Of a DNA stretch of 64,000 nt, positions 39,584 to 54,185 are shown one piece after another (positions within the stretch are counted from its first letter, which is position 1; each line of letters starts with the position of its first letter). Source of the stretch: Podarcis bocagei (Eukaryota); assembly GCA_964188305.1 (NCBI GenBank), contig OZ076885.1; one strand, given 5' to 3'. Position numbers and translations under genes: made by a program. The notes under the pieces are model-generated. The model did not search any database and had not been told where the DNA came from. It worked only from the letters and a program-made list of their open reading frames with translations.

Positions 39584-42500
39584 AACGGGTGGGGCCAGGG
39601 CTGTGAAAATTGTACAGCGGAATAATATTTATAAGTTGTGTTTTTGTTTTTTTTAATTTAATATCCATTCTTTTTGTGCCATATTTTGCCTTTGCATTGA
39701 AGTCACAAAATTAAATCGACCTCCAAAGGAGGTGGGAAATGGGGCGTAGATACCTGGAGCTTTTGAAATTGCTGTTTTGATTCAGTAAAGGGGAATGTAC
39801 AAGCAGCGGCGGGGTGTGTGTGTGTGTCAAGTAACAAATAAGAGGGAGTAAAGATACTGTGTGAATGAATGGCAAAGTTGTTTGAAATATACATCCGGGA
39901 TATTTTTATTTTTTATTTACTTGATCGTAGGTAATTAACCACAAAAACGTACTTTTCTTTGGGGATGTTGAATTCCAAAAGAAAACGAGAAGAAGAAAGG
40001 TCTGTCCCCCTGTTTTTATTCCTTCATTTGCTTTCCAGAGTAAGTTGTCCAGGGTCAAGGTGGAATTCTGAAACTCGCTCTCACTTTATACATTGCAAAC
40101 CACTTTTCGCTGGGATGAAATAATCATGGAGCCAGCCCACTGGACGCCTTTGTGCTGCACACAGTCCTGTCAGGGTTCTGAGAACCTGAGTGTCCTATGA
40201 TAGAAATAGAAATGGAAAATCCAAAAAGTGATACCACTATTTGTTATCATGCTCATCTAAAAGGTCACAATGGGCCAGCTTCTGTGAGATTTCTCTTCTA
40301 CCCCCACGCCCACCCTGGTCCACATTTTTTTGTCCCATTGAGTTTTCGCACAAAAATTCCAAGCTTTTATAAAAAGAAATTTGTTTCCAAAATTATGACA
40401 CACATACTTAGTTGATTAAAAAAAAAAGACTCCAGTCCATTGAGCAACAGAATTATGTAATTGTGTGCGGATTAATGGATATCAAATACATTTTCTTCTG
40501 TCATATGCTGGAAGGGGTGCCTTTTCTGGAATGATGCCTGTCTTAAAAATCAGGATGCATCATCTATAAGCAGCATGCACACTTTCCCCAGAAATACTGT
40601 TTTAGTTCACCTGCAGACTTGCGCAGATTTAGTTGATTAATCCGTTGAAACTCGTGTGCTTCATCTAGCTCCATTTGCATGAAGAGGTGCATCTCTGTAA
40701 AACATTTTTGCTTCAGTGGGCTTCTTCTCATCACTTTGCATCCGCAGATCTGTCCTTTATTTGAAACTGAATAAGCAAGCCTCCTCTTGACATTTGGCTC
40801 TCCCACACCTGCTGGATCAGGGCACATTTCAAATCTGTTTTTGTGCTTAGGAAGAGAGCAACACGTCTTGTGCTATCTGCCTCTAAGTTTGCCTTTTTCG
40901 GTGTTCAGACTTGACTGCCTTGTACAGAATGTTTGGAAACTTAAGTATTGTGAGGGCTACGATATGAGCAAGTAATGATAAGGAAAGGAAAGAAAGAACT
41001 AAAATCACAATATGTTTTCACAGCTGCAGAACAGCAGGTGCAGCAGACTTTTGAACAGCCTTAATGGCACTGACAAGGATGAAAAATGTTCCTTTTTGAA
41101 CTCATAGCTGATTTTTTGCATATATTTTTTTTTACTGAGCATGATGTGAAACTCCTCCAAACCCTCGCCAATATTTCCTATCTTACTGAGCGGGTGGAGT
41201 TTGACGTTCTGATGTTTATCTTACCATTCCTTTCATTAAATCTGTGCTTCCTAAGCATTTGAACCGATGCTTAGATTCGGCGGGATGGGGTGGGGTATGT
41301 CCCTCAAGAAATTATCCTTTCCTTCTCTTGCAAAGTTTCAGCGTGGTGGATGAAGAACTATAATTATTTGCAAATGCTAACTCCACAAATACTGCAAATG
41401 TCTGTGGATACCACAAAATCAATATCCTGCTCCTATAAACTGTAGGGTGCCATAGACATGAGAGTTCTCCTAGCAGTTCCAGCACAGGCTCTGCTTGCGG
41501 TAATGCATGTAGTTGGCTCTGGTCAAAGTCATTCATAATAGCATCTTAACTTGTTAAGTATTCTCAACAAATCCCTGATTAATGATGTAAACTGAGAAGC
41601 AGGAAAGAAAGGCCATATCCAATTGTCTCATATCCAACTAAATTATAAGCAAAGCATGCATGTATATTTTACAGTTGAGAGATTTCCATCCCGTTGTTTG
41701 ACTTCAGCATAACTGTGTTTAAACTTTCATGTGGCATTTGTAAAGAGGTTGCTATTTTAACTCTTAACATTGCAGGCCTAATTTATGGCTGTCTTGCAAG
41801 TGACACTGAACGTTAAAAGACAGATATTTCAATAAACTGCTGATTTCAAAAGAAGGAAAATAAATCCACAAATTATTGGGGATATTCCCCTACATTTTCA
41901 GAAACACATTATTGTGCAGTGAGCAGAACAGGGAACCATAAGCAGATGGGAAATTGCTACTGTTGCTCTTAGTGTAGGCCAGTCCTATAGTAGTTTCTAT
42001 AGTAGTGGTCTTCACAGAACCGGAGAAAATACTATGTTTGGTTTTCTTGACCAAAGCTGCGTCGCTTGAGTTATAGCCCATTGATTTCAACAACCCTGTT
42101 TAATAATTTGCAGGATCGTGGTTACTAAATTTTGGTATGAAATGCTACAACATTTTCAAAGAAGCAAATTGCAGAGAAGTGCATGCCACACTTTCATCAC
42201 TTGGGGTCACCTTTCCGTCTAGTATATCCATGGAAATGTGATTCCCCTCCCCTCTTTCACAAACTCCCCACTAATGGAGAGTTAGAATTTGTGATGAGTG
42301 CAGAAGTCTTTCATTTTGTATGTTCTGAGCCTCATATTGGTCAGTTTCATTGGATAACCCCGGGCTCTTGTATTCTGAGAAGAAATGTCTTTGCTTTATA
42401 GTTTGCCTGTAATTGACATACTTTGAGCCAGCAGAGCCATCAAGTGCATTTCCAGTAAATGAACAGCATGAAAGCGTTTGTTGCGCAGCCCTGAATTTTA

Positions 42501-45500
42501 ATTTTTAAATATATACTCGTCAGTACTGTGGGCTAGGCTAGAATTCATTTCCTTATTTGACATAGATCTCAGGGCAACACACTGTGGCATAGAGGAATAT
42601 GTGACACACAAAGTCAATCAATTTTGGACAAACGTTCAATTTATTTATTTTTAAAAAGTGAATTTGAAACTAAGTACTGAAACATCTAATTGCAGAAATG
42701 GCAAGATAATTGGCTTGCATAAATGATGCTTTGAACTCAAGCACAGATTTTTTTTTGTGGGAGGGGATGACTTCGCCTTGTGCTATCAAACAAGATGATC
42801 CATGTTGATTGATTTCACTGTAAGTTTTCAGCTTTGCACATTAAAACCCAAGAAGCAGCACATTCTTTTCAGACAAAGTTGGTACAACCATGTCCAGACA
42901 TCTTATAATACTTCCCTGCAACGGGGTCACTGGCTGTGTGTGGCATTCTTTCACCCAAGAACACTTGTCCAAAACTTTTAATTTCTTTTGAGGTGGTTGG
43001 TGGAAGCTCAGTGGCAAGCCTTTTTTCCACAAAGTAGTTTCTGATTCTTAAAAGCTCTCAGATCTGTTGCCTACCGATAGATGCACTAACCACATGTCCT
43101 GATCCAGCCTGGAAGTCAAATTAGTCTTGACAAGCAGCCTGGCATACACACGTGCCTTTTTTTTTTTAGAGGAAAAAGTAGACCTAAAAGCTTGCTTAGT
43201 TTACCCTTGCACCTGAAAAGAAACTATTGAAAAATAAAGCATAATTTTCTGCAAGTAAGTCCGACTGAGTTCATTGGGGCTTACTCACAAGGAAGTGGAT
43301 TGCAGCCTAAGGCCAGGAGCCATTTCCCCCAGAGATATCCCCTGTGGTTAACTTTTTCAATGTGTGCCTGCATGTGTGCTTGTGTGCTGTGGAAAGAAGG
43401 GTGTAAGGTCGAGCTTACTTGTAAAATATTATCTGTGGAAAATACTTTGTAAATAATGTAATTTGAAGTATTTTGCAATTAGAAACAGAACAGTTGTGGA
43501 TTTAAATAAATAAATAAAACCTATTGGCCTGGAACAAAATGAAGCAAAAATAAAAATAAAAAATGGGGCTAGCCAATTGCAACCTAGAGATCCACCCCCC
43601 CTTGAATCTGCTTGCTTCGTTAGGTGCCGCGAGGCAGCCACAAGAACTTCTACCTCTTCTGTTTCCTGCCTCTTTCTGCCGTGCAATACACCTGGTGCTG
43701 TGCCCATTTCAGTAGGCGCACCAGGGAGATGACAGAACCATGTGGAGAAAGGGAGCAGGAGAAGCAGCTGCTGCCTCATTGCACACGGCAGTGAGAATCT
43801 TAGAGGTGAAATGGGGGCATTTCTGGGTTGCAAATGGGTGACTCCAAGGAAGACATCTTAGAAGATGGGATTAGTGCTTTGCTGTTCCACATGAAATTGA
43901 GAGGGCATTTTACACAGAAATGAAACCCAGGCTGCTTTCTGTATTGTATCTAAATATTTCTTGCAATTGCTGCTAATGTAAATGGACATGAATATATACA
44001 AATATTGCCAAGAATGGTTATAATAGACTCACGCCAATCTTTTTTATATTTATATTGTAAAATGTACTCAGCAAACCGCCTAAATATTTTAGCTTTATAC
44101 TTGTATCCTTTTTGTAGACACAATTTGTCATACACAGGAAAAAGTGCCTTTGGTATTTTTCAGCAGCCTAGCATATTGACGGGCAGATTATTACAAAGCC
44201 TTAAAGAGCAAGTTGCCTCTTACTCATTGTGTTCCACTGGTTAATTTTTCAGCATGCATCGTGCTGCAAAAATGTGTTAATGCTCAAGTCATTCCAAACA
44301 AAGGCATCCGTATGATGGTGGAATTAAGTTTATTTGGACATCATTAATGCAACATCACTAAATGTTGACTTTAGAAAGTTGGTGTGATTTGTGGCAAACA
44401 CTTCAAAGTATCCTGTGGAGGAGTTTTGCTCTTATTTCAAGGGAACTTCCACTAACCAACATGTATCCCCATTTCCTGGGAGTCCTAGTGTTCATATTTT
44501 TACCGGTTATGCTCTCAGTATAAAATTGTATGTGACTTTTTGTTTTTTGTATGCGATTGCTGCAAAGTACCAGTTATGAAGTTAGATTAACATGTTCCTC
44601 ACAAGGTCTGGCATTCATGTTACTACTAATTTTTTTAATAACACTAGGTTAAAGTTCTTTGCATCGCCAGCAGAAGAGTTATTAAAATCACTGTTTATAG
44701 AATGTGGCGTTCTATAAGACGACTGGTTGAAAATACCCTTTTAACTGCACATACACACCCACACTTTGGTATGCAAGCAACAAAACAGAGCAAAGTCCAG
44801 TTGGGCTGGATTGTGTCATAAAACTGAGCATACAGTAAGCAACCGTGACACTGCAACTTATCATTGTTCCATATCACCAATGCTAAAGTGTTGTTTCAAG
44901 TTTCTGGCTTCATATATAAACAAACACCTGTAAAGTTAATTCTCTACATTTTGTATTATAGATTTTGTTGGCATTGTTTTGTAATTCAAACTCTGGGGAG
45001 GATTGTTTGACACCTCCCTGCATAAATGATTTTTCATGTAATACTGTTGAGAGTGGGTTTTTCTTCCCTCCTGGTGTTAAACTTTCAAAAGAAGTTGGTG
45101 CGTGTTACAGCGTATTTTATTTGCTGCATCTTTCCCAGTGCATATTGGTTTTATTATTTCTGAAGTTTATAGGCTGAATCCCCACTCTTCCATAATGCAT
45201 TAATGTTGGTGAACACATTTTGCATGAACAGTTTTAAAGTTGTGTTGAAGTTTGCGGTGGTGTTGTCAACCTTCCCTCCCTTTTTTTGTAATCACTGAAA
45301 ATACTTTTCCAGGAAATTTCATAGATTTAAGTTTACGGGGCAGCAATATATAATTAAGTGTTGATTCATTCTTGCAAATTTATGACTACAGCAACAAGCT
45401 GCTGCCTTACATTAGGGCTCACAATTAGTTTGTATCATTTCAAAGCACCACGTTTCTCCAAAAGAGTTCGTTTGCACAGCATTCGTATTGAAGCTGCCTT

Positions 45501-47059
45501 ATTTCTGCTCTTTCCAACTGGATAGCAGTTCAGCTGTTGGAAATGGCAATTCCAGATGAGACACTTTGTGCAAACATATGAGCATGGATTGTACACATAT
45601 TTGTGCATTTGATTGGACACACACAAAGTGAATGTGTTGAACAATTGAAAACAGAAAATGGACACATCTGGGATGGGGCTCAAGGCGAACCTTGCCAGCT
45701 GGCGGGTTCTCCCTGTCCAGATAATCATACAGGCAGATTTGTGAAACTGAGCAGAACAACCCAGAGATAAATAACAGCACGCCCAGAAATCCTCTCTTTC
45801 TCTTCTTTGTTTCACAATAAGGCATGGCAAAATCCTTGTACTCTGGTTTGCAGCACTTGACAGCTTACACTGAGCTGCCCTTGTGCTCACTGTGGGAGTC
45901 CCAGAGGAAGAGTTGAGGATGTGGTTACTTGGCATATAATAAAACCACAAGATGGCATAGTTCTCCCTGACGAAATGTTTTTTTTCTCAGCAGTGGGTAG
46001 GGCATTGCTATCCCAATATGCAACTTCTGTTTTATGCAGTTTCCCCTGTTCTGTGGCTGGCTTTTCACACACTCCCCAAGCTTTTCTAACCCTTTCAGTA
46101 CCCCTTTGCATCTCATATGCTGAAGTACATCTGCAGCCCTGGGTTTCTTAAGGGTGGCTTAGCCTTTGGTCTTCCAAGTTGGGGAGCAGACAGCAGAGCA
46201 GCCAAGCTAACTCTCGTAACCAGACCCATGGGCCTTCCTGGTCACATCGTAAATCCCACAAACCACTGCTACTTCTGGCACTTGCATCTTCTGTGCTCTA
46301 AAGCATCTTGAGCTTGGCTCCTTAGGCACAGCAGGATGCTGGTTGAAGCAGAAGGTTCTTAAAAAGGCAAAAGGCTCTTTTAAAATGTATAGTTAAATAT
46401 ATATTTTTGACCTGACTTTTTGACCCTTATCTGGGCTATCGGGCTAAGCATGCACTTTTGGAGCCAGTCCAGATTCAAAACCAGTTACTATGCAACACTT
46501 CATTCTACTGACAAGAATTGCTGCATTTGATTGGACCAACAAGCTTTTTAGAAAAAGGAGAAAAAAGAATCTGAACGCCATCTTATCCTAAAATTCCAGT
46601 CCTTAAAAGATGCTCATTCTCAAAGGAATCTAAACATTATTTTCCTCCCCTGGCTAGCTGTTGGCTAGATAAGTTTTGTTTGCAGGTTATACGGTCTTTT
46701 CCATTTTATTGCATCTGGAAATAATTTTGCTCATGTGGAGTGTTTGCTTTGCTTGCCTTTATTAGGAAACTTGCCATAGTCTGATCTGACCATTTCTTGC
46801 AAACAGCCAAGCACTTCGCTCTGGAATTGCCTGTTTTGCTCTGGTCCAAGCATCCATTTGGGGCTTTCTTATTCTTTAGCAGAAACAGTTGAAACAGAGT
46901 CTGGCTCACTTTAGCTATCGTGCAAAAACACTGGGTTGTTCTCACCATAGATAAGACCCCACATTTAGAATCATAGAATTGTAGAGTTGGAAGGGACCCA
47001 AAGGGTTATGTAGCCTGTTTCATTGCATGCAACTTCACAGTATACCTTGAGAGGCTCAC

Positions 47060-47700
47060 CAAAAATATCACCTCAAACATTCAGGAACCCATTAGAGTCC
47101 ATAAGTCTCTGGGGGTGGAGTCGACCATCCTAATGGGTCCCCCATCCCTATAGGAAAAAGTTAGTGCTTTTAGCCCAAACTTATGACCATGATGCGGGTG
47201 GTGCTGTGGGTTAAACCACAGAGCCTAGGACTTGCTGATCGTAAGGTCAGCGGTTCAAATCCCCGCGGTGGGGTGAGCTCCCGCCGTTCGGTCCCAGCTC
47301 CTGCCCACCTAGCAGTTCGAAAGCACCCCTAAGTGCAAGTAGATAAATAGGGACCGCTTTCTAGCGGGAAGGTAAACGGCGTTTCCGTGTGCGGCGCTGG
47401 TGCTGGCTCGCCAGATATGGCTTGTCACGCTGGCCACGTGACCTGGAAGTGTCTTTGGACAGCGCCGGCTCCCGGCCTCTTGAGCGAGATGAGCGCGCAA
47501 CCCTAGAGTCGGACACGACTGGCCCGGACGGGCAGGGGTACCTTTACCTTTACCTTTTATGACCATGACAACTGGCTCATAGAAACCCCCTCTTTTTTCC
47601 AGACCGTCAACCTTGTCACCAGAGACAAAAACCAAATCAAATAGATGACCTGCACTATGTATTGGGCTGGTGACCACTTGAGACAGCTCCATGTTAAATG
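47060..47700 (-). mobile_element. Degraded L2-type LINE endonuclease-region fragment, interrupted by a SINE
   Basis: LSQVVTSPIHSAGHLFDLVF on one side of the SINE, GGPIRMV...LMD.NGFL-like sequence on the other. Confidence 0.6.
47193..47556 (+). mobile_element. Full-length Sauria SINE
   Basis: tRNA-derived head with B-box GGTTCAAATCC; (ACCTTT)n tail; 12-bp TSD TTATGACCATGA (47181-47192, 47557-47568). Confidence 0.92.
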
Positions 47701-48330
47701 ATGAACAATCCTTGTTCATAGCTCAGCATCCTGCAAACAGAATACCCCATTCCGCTCAATACCGGTTCAGCAAATATAAGCACAAATACATGTGATCAAT
47801 TTAATACACACACCCCCTAAAAAAATTATGCTTGTTGGAACACCTAGAAACCTTGCAAGAAATTGGGGGAAAGCAGCTAAAAAATTGACTCAGGCAGGAA
47901 AGAATGTCTTCAGCTCAGCAAGGTTGACTGCCGTAGTAATTCCCTCTTTGGAAGCCTGGCAAGCATCCACCACCTCAAGAGGTTTAGGATTCAAGTTTAC
48001 ATTTTGGTGAGATTTGCTGTCCCAGACGTGTGTGTTTTTCTAATTAGCGAAGTGACTGGAGCTGTCCTCCTTCCTTATAAAGCAAAGGAGAGGAGGCTAG
48101 AGGAGGGTTGGACACTCTCCTGCTTCCTGAATGTGAGGTGTCATTCCCTTCCGATGAACTGAGAATGCATAAATAACTAGAGGCCTGTGTACATGGTTCT
48201 GGACTTGCAGTCCTAGAGAGCGGTTCTATACATTCACCAGCGCAAGCCATCACTTTCTGCATCTGTCTAATCAGCATGAGTAACAAATCAATACAGGTGA
48301 ATATCAAGAGGCTGGTTAGTCTGCATGGTT

Positions 48331-48518
48331 AGGTAAGGTAAAGGACCCCTGGAAGGTTAAGTCCAGTCAAAAGCGACTATGGGGTGCAGCACTCGTCTCA
48401 CTTTCAGGCCCAAGGGAGCCAGCATTTGTCCACAAACAGCTTTCTGGGTCATGTGGCCAGCATGACTAAACCGCTACTGGCACAACAAAACACTGTGACA
48501 GAAGCCAGAACACATGGA
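48331..48518 (-). mobile_element. 5'-truncated Sauria SINE
   Basis: Antisense AGGTAAGGTAAAGG tail followed by sequence matching the 3' half of the SINE. Confidence 0.75.
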
Positions 48519-49768
48519 AGCTCATCTCGAAGAGGTATTTCCCCTGTAAACTTCCTTTTTAGGAGCATTCAGGAAAGGGAAGTGGTTGCAGACCAATAAC
48601 TTTCTCTTTCCACCCTCCACCCCTAATTCTGCCCAATCTTCTTTAATGCTGGCATCATAATAAGGAGGACTGAACTGATGCAATTGCAGACCCCTTCTCC
48701 CTCTGGTTCTTATCTTCTCCAAGCACCCACAGGCAGATTTCTGAGGTGCTGCGGCACACAACAGGTGGCAAATCACAACTCTGGAAAAGGCAGGTATGTA
48801 TTTCCTCTCTGCAGGCTCGAGAGAGAAATGAGCAATACAGCCTGCACCACTCCCACAAGGGTCTCCTGTCAGCTGTGTGGTTCAGTGTGAGGGTAGCAGC
48901 ACAGACAAAAGCACTCAGTTTTAACTTGGTGGGGGATTAAATATGTTGAAACACCAAGCCAAAGCCATCAGACTTGAAGTCACCTGGGCATACTCATTGA
49001 TTCATTGGGCTTCCCTTCATTCCTATGGTTTTTTTTCTTCCCTCATCTTTAATCTTTTATGGCTATTATTCCTTCCAAAGGACCAGGTGGGTCCATTTTT
49101 TCCACCAAAGGTGAAAAAGCATTCCATTCTGTGAAACCCTTAGCAAGAGGGTTTTTTTTTCTTTTGCTGAGCACTGTGTTTTTCTGTCCCCACTACGGGT
49201 AGTGTCAGTAAACATCAACCCAACAAATTTAAATTCTGCTTGCCCCTGGAGGACTAAGTAATGGAGGTGAATGTTTTCCCTAGTGGTGGTTGCCGCTTAT
49301 TGGGCCTGCTAGGGTGGAAGGCCAGCAATAAATGGAGCCAGAGCCAATGGCAGCTGGAGCTGACTAATTATAGTTTTGTCCCCATCCTGAGATTAAGGAG
49401 GAACAAAGTCTGATGCAATTGAAATCACTTGGCGGCCATTACTGACTTACCTTAACTCTTCCCAGTTGTACTAGTAGACCTCAAAACACCCATTTGCCTT
49501 TTTCGTCTGATTATATTCTAAGATATTAAACTGAAAACATAGTTTTATATCTGTTTGTCATTATTTTGTTTTTGGATATAATTTTTAGCTAGCTCTTTTT
49601 GTGATCTTTGTATGTAGGTTTCTGAAACTATTTTTTGGAATTCAGACTGTATGTGAAATATGGTATGTGATGGTTTTTTTGTTGAAGTTAGTGGATAGGG
49701 ATTCTTCCTTAATTAAGAAGAAGAAGAAGAAGAAGACTCTGAAAGCCAGGGCCACCACCATCTCTGGG

Positions 49769-50356
49769 CATAGCTGTCAAGTGTCCCTTATTTGAAGGGA
49801 CAGTCCCTTATTCCAGTGCCATGTCCCGCTGCTGTCACTTATTGATGGATGTCCCTTAAATTATGTCCCTCAAATTTCAAAGGAAGCAGCTCCTCTCCCT
49901 CCCTCCCTCCCTGCCGGCCAGGGAGGAGGGAGGCTCCAACTGTGTTGCTTGGCTGTGTTGCTCACCCAATAAGAAGTCTAAGAACGATTGGGGGGTGGAG
50001 CTTGCATGCCTTGTGTGTGGCTAGTTAATGCAAGCTGAGGAGCTTTTTGAATGCTGGACACCATTTTGTTGCACGTGCTGCAGCAAACTTTGCAGTGCAA
50101 AGCCAGGCCAGGGAGCCATCTTAAGTTGAGGCTGCATAGGCCTTGTGGTACATGTGATTCAGATTCTATTCAGTTGAACCTCTGGTTAAAAGTTGGTTCT
50201 CGAAGCTACCAGCATGAGTTTAACCAGACTGCAGGAGGACAGGAAGACTGGAGTGCCTGGAACAGGTGAGGCTGCAGGTCCCTTATTTTGGCTGCTGGTC
50301 CCTTATTTTCAAGGCTGCTGATCCCTTATTTTCAAATCTGTAAGTTGACAGCTATG
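49769..50356. mobile_element. 588-bp non-autonomous hAT element
   Basis: TIR CATAGCTGTCAA / TTGACAGCTATG; subterminal GTCCCTTATT repeats; 7/8 TSD tctctggg / tctctgtg. Confidence 0.82.
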
Positions 50357-51752
50357 TCTCTGTGCTGGTTCTAAGTAAGAATGCAAGTGGATGGGGGCTA
50401 GCTCAAGGCAGACAGGGATTGCTAGGGTAATGCTTCATTCACCCTATGGGAATACCATCCACTGGTCTCCCCCAATTCTAAAAGAAGAAGGCCATCAGTG
50501 CTACCTGGCTTATACATGTACTGTAAGAAAACCAGCCTCATATAACCAGCATGTTTCAGTCTAATTAATGCATGAAAGGGTTAATACCATAGAGTAAGCT
50601 GGCCTGCCAGGTATAGCCTATGTCATTTCCCTTATCCTTGGGAGGAAATGGGCAACCAAGTCTTTTGTTATACTCAGTCTGCTTATGAATTTGGTGCATG
50701 AGGAGCTCAGAGCTGCTCCCTCCAGCCACATGGCTTTGGCCAGCCTCTTTTGTTTCAGACAAGAATGGAGTCTGAAACTAACATTTTAGGAACTTTTTGC
50801 CATTTTTTAACCAAGCAGTTTTTTTACTGCAACTTCTTCTGACTTCTGTATGGAAAAAGCACATGAATCTGACCTTTGAAGAGTTCTGTAAGTAAACCAT
50901 TTTTTAACTTGCCAAACATGAGATCTATCTTTGTGCTAGGGGCACTTTGAGATTCACTGGAAAGGGCACCATGTAAAGTTTTTACAGCTTCTATTTCCAG
51001 ACTTTGTTGCATGCTTTCCCATGTTAATCTCTGCTAGAGCTCTCTCACCAAAGAGCCCCAAACGTGGGTCTTGGCTTACAGGACTTCCAACATGCACAGT
51101 CAAGCTGATTGCATTGGCAGCACCTTAGTGACATCTTCATAACTTCTAACACCACTGAGCCCACCTCTGTTCTTACCGTTGGGCTGATGTGGCTGCCTCC
51201 ATTTTGGATTTTTCATTTAGAAACGCAAGACTAGCTTGCCCCTTGAACAGCAAACATCTGCACGCAATCTCCTGTTTACCCCGCTCTGTGTTCCAGCTTC
51301 GCCCATGCCAGTCTCTGATGTCTTCATTTATGCAGTCTGTGCATGGGTTTTGTTTTTTAAGTGTGCCCAGCCCATTTTTATGGTTTTCTGCTCTCGACAT
51401 TCTTCCAGGCCATCTGTGTGAGGCCCAGGCCAGCTGGGAAAGGACGATGATGCATCTGGGACAGTGCAAAGAACACTCTGTGGCCACAAGCATGTTAAGT
51501 GCACGGCCCCTCGGGGAATTGCAGCTCTTTTAATTTCCGTTCTGGTCTGAGCTTGCGCATGTCTTCAGCATGCGCTGCTAACCAACTGCACACTATGCCT
51601 GAAGAAAGGTGTTGCGACAGTCCTTCAGGAGGCCATGTGCAGCTTATGTGAGTCCCAAATGGCAGAGAGAAGAGGCGGCAAAACCCTAACCTTGAATTTT
51701 AAACCCTGAGCAATTACTTTTCACTGCGGGGGGGGGGGGGACGTGCTACAGT

Positions 51753-51766
51753 CCAGTAGATGGCAG
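51753..51766 (+). promoter_or_regulatory. Candidate CTCF site CCAGTAGATGGCAG
   Basis: Full match to CCASYAGRKGGCRS; weaker motifs at 51879-51890 (-) and 52152-52164 (+). Confidence 0.5.
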
Positions 51767-54185
51767 CAGACGAGAAAGAATAGATCTGAAAGGACAACGT
51801 TGTGGGATAGCTTCTAAGGGCCAGTCTCTGCATTGTTTTTGCAATGTGTAGAAAGACTTGATCAGGTGGGGTTCTGAGGCCCTCTGGTGGCAGACTGTCA
51901 GAACCGCAGGCATGCTCTAGAGACACAATTTTAATATTGCCATTTTAGTTTTCTCTTTAATGCAGATCGAAATAAAAAAAGCCTTCTGGAGGTAACTCCA
52001 GCCTTTTCCTGGAGTCCATCAGGAAACCAATGAAACCGTCATACCAGAGTCATGAAGCAGCTCTTCTGCAATCAACAGAGCATCTGCGTATGTGTGTGTT
52101 AGAGCGCAGCGGGCAGGAAAGGGTTAAAGGATTGGGGGAGGGATGAGTTAGCCACCAGATGTCCGGAGCCAATATGTAGGTCACCTATTTCCCTCCTGTG
52201 GGATCTGAATTGCTGTTCTGCATCCATGCATAAGTAAAGTCGCCTAATATGGCAGTAGTGAATCTGCTCCATTTCACGAAATGTCAATCTGATTTCTGAA
52301 AGCAAAGAACTCAGCTGATGCCTTGAAAATTGGCACAGTTATTCTATTGCTAAGCGTGCTTTTTTTTAAAAAAAACATTTTAAAAACAAATTGCTATGCA
52401 AGGTAGAGCTGACTATGTAATGTTAAACTGAAACACTATGAATAATGGTAAGAAATAAATATGAATTTCAAAAAGTGTACAAGTTTTCAATAGGTTGTTG
52501 TCTAAGAATAACTTACTATGCTGTACTGTACTTGAGATGTCCCCTGTCCTGTTCAGCCATTCTTATCAAATCAATACTTTATCTACTGTATTGCAGAGAA
52601 ATTTGTGTTTGCATTTTTTATTTAATAGAAATATGGATCCCCCCACTTTGTTCCTTGCAGATCCCTGCAATTTGGGTTTGAGAAAGTAGGAGCAAAATGT
52701 TTGGCCTTTGTGAAATATGGGAGTATAAACCAATAAGGATTGCAAGAAGAGCAGTAGCTCCTACTAACATGAATATTAATAGAGAATGTGTGGTACTTAT
52801 TTAACTTACAATCCTGTGATTGGAGCCTTAGTATGTGCCTTTTTCAGCACATCCCCCAATACAAAACTAGATTATGAAGAGTTGAAGAAGATGAAGAGTT
52901 GAAATAAAACGTACTGACAATCATCTGAGGGTGCTGTTGGTCCTTGTAGGAAATGGGTTTTCACTATTCTTTATTGCAGACAATGGGGTCAGATTTATAT
53001 GATAGCTGTAAACCAACTTATCTACTGCTGATACGATAGTGATGCTTTCTCCTTTGCAATAACTAGGTAGGATTTTATATGGCTGTGTGATATGTGAGTC
53101 AGTTACATAATAGCTGACTGCTGCTTGGAGGAATGTTTTGTTTTAAAACGATATAAGTGAGTTTATGGATTGGTTAAATAATAGAGCTGCAATCCTATGC
53201 AAACCTGAGAGACTTACTTCTGGGAAGACATGCATCAGATTGCACTGTTAGTTAAGTGATTAATTAGATTATTAATTAATAATATATTTTACTAAGGTAC
53301 CTGGGATTAATCAGTAAGCAGGTTTTTAAAAAACGTATGTTCTTACAAATCCATGGGTGAGGCTGACAGGTGCTTTCTTAAATGAGGCATGCCCCCCAAA
53401 TCTAACATAATCTAACATAAGCATGGAGGTCTCCTTTCCAGTAAAGGTTCTGGTTGGTAATCAAACACCCTCCCCAAAGAATCTGATATGCTGCCTTCTT
53501 TCTAGACATTTCAGTGCAATTTGAAAGCTTCCCCCCCCCGACTTTCAGAAATGTCAACATTTGAATCCACTGTATTTTAGATATTTCATATAAATATTAT
53601 AAATCGCTTCAAGATGCTTCATGCGAAGCCATTCATAAATGAAATTATTATTAATAATATTTTTGGATACTTTTAGTGGTTTACCCCCCTGTGTGTTTCT
53701 TTATTCTGCTGCTGACATTATGATGCTGAATTTTTACAATGGAGTTTGTTTACTTTTAAAAATTGTCCTGTGGTTATTTTCATACAGTATTTTATTTTAA
53801 ATTTTGCTTTATGCCTGGAGAACAGTTATTAGATGGCATATAAATGTTGTCAATAAATGAATAAAATGTGGTGAGACCTAAATAATGTAAAAGCAGAGTG
53901 CACTAATATTTTATTTGTGTGAAAATATATAAAACTCATTTATTGTAATGTTGACTGACAGCCCCAGACAAACAAACCTCACAGACTGATTAATTATATA
54001 AATAAAAACTTCAAACGATAAAAGCATGGCTTGGCTCCTGATCCTTTCAGGATTTGTGTGGTCAGTTTGAATTATCCTCAGGAGCACCCATATCGCTAAA
54101 GGAAAAAGAGTGGAACCCAGATATTTACCCTGTTGTGTGTCTACCTCCTGGCCTTAGAAATAAGAGGTTTCTGGTGAATAGAAAT

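Noticed and set aside
40000-46900. Short ORFs downstream of LRP5 (e.g. 171 aa at 45435-45950)
   Set aside because: No recognisable domains, splice-consistent structure or codon bias
47193-47290. Possible tRNA gene
   Set aside because: tRNA-derived head of a Sauria SINE, with no complete cloverleaf
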